DNA of 64,000 bases from an uncultured Clostridium sp. (GTDB lineage: Bacteria > Bacillota_I > Bacilli_A > RF39 > UBA660). The DNA lies in the NCBI GenBank assembly GCA_964388545.1, contig CAYMAV010000002.1, positions 14-64,013 on the forward strand, given 5' to 3'. How positions within the stretch are numbered: position 1 is the first letter of the stretch; every line of letters starts with the position of its first letter. Shown here in pieces: positions 59,199 to 64,000 of the stretch. The translations under genes were made by a program, and so were the position numbers. The notes below the pieces were generated by a model. That model was not told where the DNA came from. It did not search any database and saw only the letters and a program-made list of their open reading frames with translations.

Positions 59199-60971
59199 CT
59201 ATAATCCATACCATATTTTTTCAATATCGCTATTCATACTATGTGGTTCTGGATTAGGTTTTTCAAACCTTATAGCCATTGGAACCCTAAAAGCACTTCC
59301 AAAGGCGATTGATGAACCTGGCTGTAACATTCTAAGATGGGCTAATACCTCTTCGCTTACATTAGGAATCATTTCCTTAATATACTGTAAATCCTTAGGG
59401 TGTAAAGTTCTTAATACCAAAAAGTTAGAACACTGCGAAATACTTGTCTCGCTTAACTCACTAGGCCTTTGAGTAATAAGTCCTAAGATAATCCCGTATT
59501 TTCTACCTTCTTTTGTAATTCTATCAAAAATATTATATCCCAGTAATTCAGTATCAATATCCTTTTGAACATATCTATGAGCTTCTTCTATTATTATATG
59601 AAAAGGAACAGTTCCTCTTGTATGACTATTGATACTTGTCTCAAATAAGATTCTCGAAATAATCTTCGTAATAGCTTTAGCAATAATATCATCGGTATAG
59701 TTGATATTAAAACTAACTATTTGAGCCTTATTATTATCTGGAGTAGTCAGTAAATGCCTAATATATCCTACTCTATCGATCATCGTTGGAAATTTAAAAT
59801 ATTCGTTATAATCTCCACTAGCAAGTGATTGCAATCTAACTAATAAGACATTAGCCGAGTCATAAACCTTATCGCTTTTTAAAATTCCTTCAGAAATCAA
59901 GGCAAAGTTAAGAGCCAACTCTAAATCCTTTAAATCATACATTATATTTTCATTTCTTTTTATCTCAAGATTATCAACTAAAAAAGTAGAAATAAAACTT
60001 ACAACTAATTCCATTTCCGACATCTTACCCATATTATCTACATAGATACATTGCTTTAAAGTTCTAATATATCCCGGCTGCACTATTTCGCTTTCTAGGT
60101 TTAACATTGGAGTATTATAAGTTGTTAATATTGCAATTATCTGATCCCTTGTTTTAATAGAGTCCTTACCACTATGTAGGATATCTAGGAGTGCTCTTGC
60201 AACAATATCGTTTTTTATTTTAACCGAATCTTGATTAGTGTCTTTTAAAATAGTAACTAAACTAATACTCTTTTCGATAATTGGAAGTTGGGAAGCCTCC
60301 GTTGCACCTAATAGTAATGCAATATCATCTTTATCTAAAAGCCATAAAGGTATCTGTAAAAGCTGTTGCTCAGGATCTCTTGATCTCGTATTCGTAGTAA
60401 AAGATTTATAATAAAGTTTATTATTAAACTGATGTAGAAAAGAAAAAGCATTCTTATACTCTCCATAAGCATCAAATAAAAAGATATTAGCATTTACCGG
60501 AAGGTATTTTGATTTTGTAAAGAGATTTTGAATCACTCTAGCAAAAGTACAACTTTTCCCTGATCCAGTATTACCAAGAATAGCAAAGTGATTACTAAGA
60601 AATTGGTTTATATCAACATTTATATTATAACCTCGATAGATAGAGGATTCTCCAAGCATCAAATGAAGGTCATTTTCAGAACTTTGAGTTCCAATTATAA
60701 GTTCTAGCTCTTCCTTATTAATAATTCTAATCTGTGATTTAAAAGAAGGCTTCGCCCCTATTCCTGGCAAAAAGATATTATTGATAATTTCTCCAACAAC
60801 TGATGCGATAACATAGTCAGTTGCTACTTTAGTAACTTCTCCTACTATTTTTTTATCGCCATCTAAAAATATTAGATGCACATTCATAATATTTGAATAT
60901 TCCTCAAGATTAATATCTAATTTTATTTGGATATTGGTATTATCAATATTAATTATTCTTCCTATATTCAT
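59199..60971 (-). CDS. HerA-type (HAS-barrel + FtsK/HerA-superfamily) ATPase
   Basis: 590 aa. An N-terminal barrel-like region of about 100 aa, Walker A 'LGNTGSGKS', Walker B 'FHIIIEEAHRY', and 'GRKYGIILGLITQRPSELSETSISQCSNFLVLR'. Confidence 0.75.
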   Translation of the reverse strand: MNIGRIINIDNTNIQIKLDINLEEYSNIMNVHLIFLDGDKKIVGEVTKVATDYVIASVVGEIINNIFLPGIGAKPSFKSQIRIINKEELELIIGTQSSENDLHLMLGESSIYRGYNINVDINQFLSNHFAILGNTGSGKSCTFARVIQNLFTKSKYLPVNANIFLFDAYGEYKNAFSFLHQFNNKLYYKSFTTNTRSRDPEQQLLQIPLWLLDKDDIALLLGATEASQLPIIEKSISLVTILKDTNQDSVKIKNDIVARALLDILHSGKDSIKTRDQIIAILTTYNTPMLNLESEIVQPGYIRTLKQCIYVDNMGKMSEMELVVSFISTFLVDNLEIKRNENIMYDLKDLELALNFALISEGILKSDKVYDSANVLLVRLQSLASGDYNEYFKFPTMIDRVGYIRHLLTTPDNNKAQIVSFNINYTDDIIAKAITKIISRILFETSINSHTRGTVPFHIIIEEAHRYVQKDIDTELLGYNIFDRITKEGRKYGIILGLITQRPSELSETSISQCSNFLVLRTLHPKDLQYIKEMIPNVSEEVLAHLRMLQPGSSIAFGSAFRVPMAIRFEKPNPEPHSMNSDIEKIWYGL

Positions 60972-60997
60972 AAGAGCCCTCTTTCTATTCTTAATTT

Positions 60998-61008
60998 ATT
61001 ATATCACA
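60998..61008 (-). promoter_or_regulatory. extended -10 promoter candidate for the HerA-type ATPase gene
   Basis: The minus strand reads 'TGTGATATAAT' about 27 nt upstream of the ATG at 60971 and directly after a terminator. Confidence 0.5.
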
Positions 61009-61025
61009 ACTATTTTATCTATTAA

Positions 61026-61050
61026 ACAAAAAAAGCAGTAAAACTGCTTT
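61026..61050 (-). terminator. intrinsic terminator after the zinc-ribbon gene
   Basis: Stem AAAGCAG/CTGCTTT (61032-61050), loop TAAAA, then U7 on the minus strand. Confidence 0.7.
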
Positions 61051-61288
61051 ATAAAACCATAAATATTAGTATTATCAAAATAACTGATAAAACTCCTATT
61101 AGAATATATAAATCTAAAAAAGGATTAGTTTTCTTTTTAGCTTCAATAAAGAAAGGATCTTCTCTTTTTTGTTTTTTTAAAGTCTCTTCATAATTGGCAA
61201 CAGTAATCCTACTGATGTCTGCTCCACAAACTTGACATATATTCATCCAATCTTCGTTTTGCTCTGTACATTTTGGACAGACCTTCAT
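61049..61288 (-). CDS. zinc-ribbon protein with C-terminal TM helix
   Basis: 'CPKCTEQNEDWMNICQVCGADI' (CxxC...CxxC) plus 'LYILIGVLSVILIILIFMVL'. 79 aa. Confidence 0.6.
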   Translation of the reverse strand: MKVCPKCTEQNEDWMNICQVCGADISRITVANYEETLKKQKREDPFFIEAKKKTNPFLDLYILIGVLSVILIILIFMVL

Positions 61289-61296
61289 TTTATCAC

Positions 61297-62295
61297 CTAC
61301 TTGTTTTTCCTAACAAAATTATACGAATCTCTACACATATCGTCAATAGTTAATTCTGCATACCAACCTAATTCTTTGTTCGCTTTTTTTGTTGAGGCAT
61401 AGCAAGAGGCGATATCACCTGGTCTTCTTTCAATAATTTTATAAGGTACTTTAACTTTATTTACCCTTTCATAAGATTTAATAATCTCTAACACACTATA
61501 TCCCTTACCTGTACCAAGATTATAGGCATCGATTCCACTTCTCTTAAATATTTTAGCAAGTGCTTTTAAATGTCCTTTGGCTAAATCAACAACATGGATA
61601 TAATCTCTTACTCCAGTTCCATCTATAGTATCATAATCATCGCCAAAAACCTTTAATTCATCTAATTCACCTATCGCAACTTTGGCAACAAAAGGGAGTA
61701 AATTATTTGGAATACCATTAGGATCTTCCCCAAGTAATCCGGTTGGGGATGCTCCAATCGGATTAAAATAACGAAGAATAGAAATTCCCCAACTAGAATC
61801 TGATATAAATAAATCGTTTAAAATCATCTCAATCATTAATTTAGTTGTTCCATAAGGGTTAGTTGTCTTAAGCGGAAAGTCTTCCTTTATCGGTAATTTA
61901 TCCGGACTTCCATAAACCGTTGCACTGGATGAAAATACTAATTTTTTACAATCGTATTTTTTCATAACCTCCAACAAAGATAAAGTAGAATCAAGGTTAT
62001 TACGATAGTATTCTAATGGTTTTTTAACGCTTTCGCCAACGGCTTTTAAACCAGCGAAATGAATGACCGCATCAATATTTTCCTTCTTAAAAATAAGGTC
62101 TAATTTATCCTTATTACATACATCTTCTTCATAGAATTTCACTTTTTTAGAAGTTATTTTTTCAATTTTATTAACTACTTCCTTTTTGGAATTAGATAAA
62201 TTATCGACAATTACAACCTCATATCCTTCATTTAAAAGTTCTACTGCCGTATGACTACCAATATAACCACATCCACCAGTAACTAATATCTTCAT
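61297..62295 (-). CDS. galE: UDP-glucose 4-epimerase
   Basis: 'ILVTGGCGYIGSH' and catalytic 'YGTTKLM'. 332 aa. Confidence 0.92.
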   Translation of the reverse strand: MKILVTGGCGYIGSHTAVELLNEGYEVVIVDNLSNSKKEVVNKIEKITSKKVKFYEEDVCNKDKLDLIFKKENIDAVIHFAGLKAVGESVKKPLEYYRNNLDSTLSLLEVMKKYDCKKLVFSSSATVYGSPDKLPIKEDFPLKTTNPYGTTKLMIEMILNDLFISDSSWGISILRYFNPIGASPTGLLGEDPNGIPNNLLPFVAKVAIGELDELKVFGDDYDTIDGTGVRDYIHVVDLAKGHLKALAKIFKRSGIDAYNLGTGKGYSVLEIIKSYERVNKVKVPYKIIERRPGDIASCYASTKKANKELGWYAELTIDDMCRDSYNFVRKNK

Positions 62296-62306
62296 ATTTA
62301 CTCCTT

Positions 62307-62338
62307 ATAAAAGAAACGCTGAATTAGTCAGCGATTTC
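62307..62338 (-). terminator. hairpin/terminator between the YtxH gene and galE
   Basis: Stem CGCTGA/TCAGCG, extended by GAAA/TTTC (62313-62338), spans the stop codon. A short U-run lies just before the galE RBS. Confidence 0.4.
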
Positions 62339-62695
62339 TTCTGTTTTTAATTTTAATTTCTTAGCAGCTTTTTCTACTGCAGGAAGTCCTTTTTCTTTAG
62401 CATACTCAATTAATTCTTCAACTTTTTCTCTTAATTTAGCTGCCTTTTCTTTAGCGATTGCTACTACCTTTTCTTTATCAAGTTCTTTTAATTCTTTCTT
62501 GATTTCTTCAATTTTTTTAGTAACCGCTTTCTTTACATCATCAAATTTAATTTCCTTAGCCTTTTCCCAAAGATCATTTACTAAGTTTTTTAAATCCTCT
62601 CTTGTTTCACTTCCCTTTTTAGGTGCATATAATACTCCTAATGTAGCTCCTACTACTGTTCCAGCAACAAATGCCTTTAATGCTTTCTTACTCAT
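62324..62695 (-). CDS. YtxH-domain protein
   Basis: The N-terminal anchor 'AFVAGTVVGATLGVLYAPKKGSETREDLK' is followed by a K/E-rich helix. 123 aa. Confidence 0.75.
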   Translation of the reverse strand: MSKKALKAFVAGTVVGATLGVLYAPKKGSETREDLKNLVNDLWEKAKEIKFDDVKKAVTKKIEEIKKELKELDKEKVVAIAKEKAAKLREKVEELIEYAKEKGLPAVEKAAKKLKLKTEEIAD

Positions 62696-62996
62696 CTAAA
62701 TCTTCCTCCATTTCCTTTTCTTTTTTGTTTTTTTTCTTTTTGTAGAAAACCTTTTCTACTAGTCCTACTGCCACTTTTGCTATACTTTTATTTATTTTGG
62801 AAGCGGTACTTCCTACATTTTCAATAACATTGAATAGGCCATCTAGTTGAGAACTTTTTTCTATAACATCATCTAATAATACATTAACCTTATCCATAGT
62901 AACTGTTAATTTTAATACTAAAATAATACATACTATTAATAAAATTCCCCCTAGAAAGTATAACACTATTGGCAAAAACTCACTTAAGAATTCCAT
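62688..62996 (-). CDS. DUF948-like membrane-anchored protein
   Basis: An N-terminal TM is followed by a helical 'VNVLLDDVIEKSSQLDGLFNVIENV'. It has the usual pairing with a YtxH gene. Confidence 0.6.
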   Translation of the reverse strand: MEFLSEFLPIVLYFLGGILLIVCIILVLKLTVTMDKVNVLLDDVIEKSSQLDGLFNVIENVGSTASKINKSIAKVAVGLVEKVFYKKKKNKKEKEMEEDLDE

Positions 62997-62999
62997 ATA

Positions 63000-63824
63000 C
63001 TACTCCTTTCCTTCATATATTGAATCAATAAGGTCAAATAAATGTTGGTCATCATCGCTTGAAAGATCTTTATTCTTTTCAGCACGTGATTTATATTCAA
63101 CTTTATTGATTTCCTCTTTTTTATCATCGACCTTATAATCGACATTGTATTCAAGACCTAAGTCTGTGAAATATTCTTCTGCGTCCCCTAAAGTAATTTC
63201 CTTTATAGTAGGAGATGCTTCGCTTAAATCATAAAAACCAGGTTCTTCAACAATAACTTCTCTTTTTTCTCTTTTCTTTGACTCAATTCTTTCTCTAACA
63301 CTATCAAGATCGGCTTTTTTACTAGATGTTTGAGATAATCTAACCTCCCTTTTATGGACAATTTCTTCCTTAGAATAATTCTTATCTAATATTCCAAAAA
63401 CTGGTGAAATAATTGGCGAAGGAGTAAATCTCGACTTTTTCTCTTCAGCACTAGCTTCATATAATCCCTTATATCTATTGCTTCTATCTTCTATTACCTC
63501 TTCTCCATATATCTTTATAGGTTCACTATATTCCTTATATTCTCTATACTCAGTATTTTCGACAACCATTTCTTCTCTAATCGGCTCTTCAAATTCAATA
63601 GTTTTTTCGATTTCAAAATCAGCATCACCAAAAGGAACGGAAAACTGCTCCTGTTTCGCTTCTTTTTCTTCTTTTATTTCTTCAACTTTCAAATCCTCTA
63701 ATATTTCCCTTTTTTCTGGTTCCGGATTCTTTATTTTTCTAGCTACTCTTTCTTCTTTTACATCTTCTTCATCACTATCATCTTCTTCAAAGAAAATATT
63801 TTTTACTTTATCAAAAAAACCCAT
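63000..63824 (-). CDS. acidic hypothetical protein (274 aa)
   Basis: ORF with an N-terminal 'MGFFDKVKNIFFEEDD' and Glu/Lys-rich low complexity. No motif recognised. Confidence 0.4.
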   Translation of the reverse strand: MGFFDKVKNIFFEEDDSDEEDVKEERVARKIKNPEPEKREILEDLKVEEIKEEKEAKQEQFSVPFGDADFEIEKTIEFEEPIREEMVVENTEYREYKEYSEPIKIYGEEVIEDRSNRYKGLYEASAEEKKSRFTPSPIISPVFGILDKNYSKEEIVHKREVRLSQTSSKKADLDSVRERIESKKREKREVIVEEPGFYDLSEASPTIKEITLGDAEEYFTDLGLEYNVDYKVDDKKEEINKVEYKSRAEKNKDLSSDDDQHLFDLIDSIYEGKE

Positions 63825-63844
63825 TTAAGCACCTTCCTATTTCA

Positions 63845-64000
63845 TTATTGTATAAAGTCATCATCCTTTATAACTTCTTCTTCCTCATAATTTTCATATT
63901 CTTCTATATAATCAAGGAAAGTTCCCTCTTCTCTTTTTGATTCAAAAAGATTGAAATTTTCTTCCTTATAATCAAGAATATTTTCCCCAATCATCGAACT
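63845..64000 (-). CDS. C-terminal fragment of a protein running off the window edge
   Basis: The open frame '...MIGENILDYKEENFNLFESKREEGTFLDYIEEYENYEEEEVIKDDDFIQ*' ends with a TAA at 63845-63847. Confidence 0.35.
   Translation of the reverse strand, partial: SSMIGENILDYKEENFNLFESKREEGTFLDYIEEYENYEEEEVIKDDDFIQ

Overview
Very AT-rich, low-GC bacterial chromosome segment. It looks like an anaerobic, fermentative member of the Bacillota or a Mollicutes-related lineage. The standard code applies: TAA, TAG and TGA all terminate conserved genes at their expected ends. About 65 genes are packed on the minus strand and only rpmB is on the plus strand.

Most of the content is core housekeeping:
- pheS/pheT, asnS and leuS, each behind a T-box leader whose specifier codon matches the synthetase.
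- dnaE, holA, rpsP plus a KH protein, rpmB, rsmI, tcdA, a RluA-family synthase, alr and galE.
- Fermentation and redox genes: trimeric [FeFe] hydrogenase HydABC, PflB/PflA, a glutathione peroxidase and a TrxB-like reductase.
- Two MacB/FtsX-type ABC exporters.
- Envelope glycosylation genes: a YfhO-like protein, a PIG-L deacetylase and a GT2 glycosyltransferase.
- Division genes sepF and divIVA.

No CRISPR array, rRNA, tRNA, transposase or integrase was seen.

Things that stand out:
1. A stand-alone VirD4/TraG-type coupling ATPase, a secreted thermonuclease and a bacterial PH-domain protein are co-operonic with holA and two large unknown membrane proteins. No other conjugation genes are present.
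2. A HerA-type (HAS-barrel plus FtsK-like) ATPase with its own promoter sits between a zinc-ribbon membrane protein and sepF/divIVA, with no NurA partner.
3. A trio of small helical proteins includes two tandem WXG100-like genes. One is broken by a nonsense codon, and no type VII secretion core is nearby.
4. A roughly 170-nt GC-rich structured RNA candidate upstream of tcdA has its own extended -10 box and a U-tract.
5. At least six, possibly seven, accessory genes carry frameshifts or in-frame stops while every large essential gene is intact. This includes an ankyrin-repeat gene with three lesions.

All functional calls come from motif recognition by eye. No database search was run.
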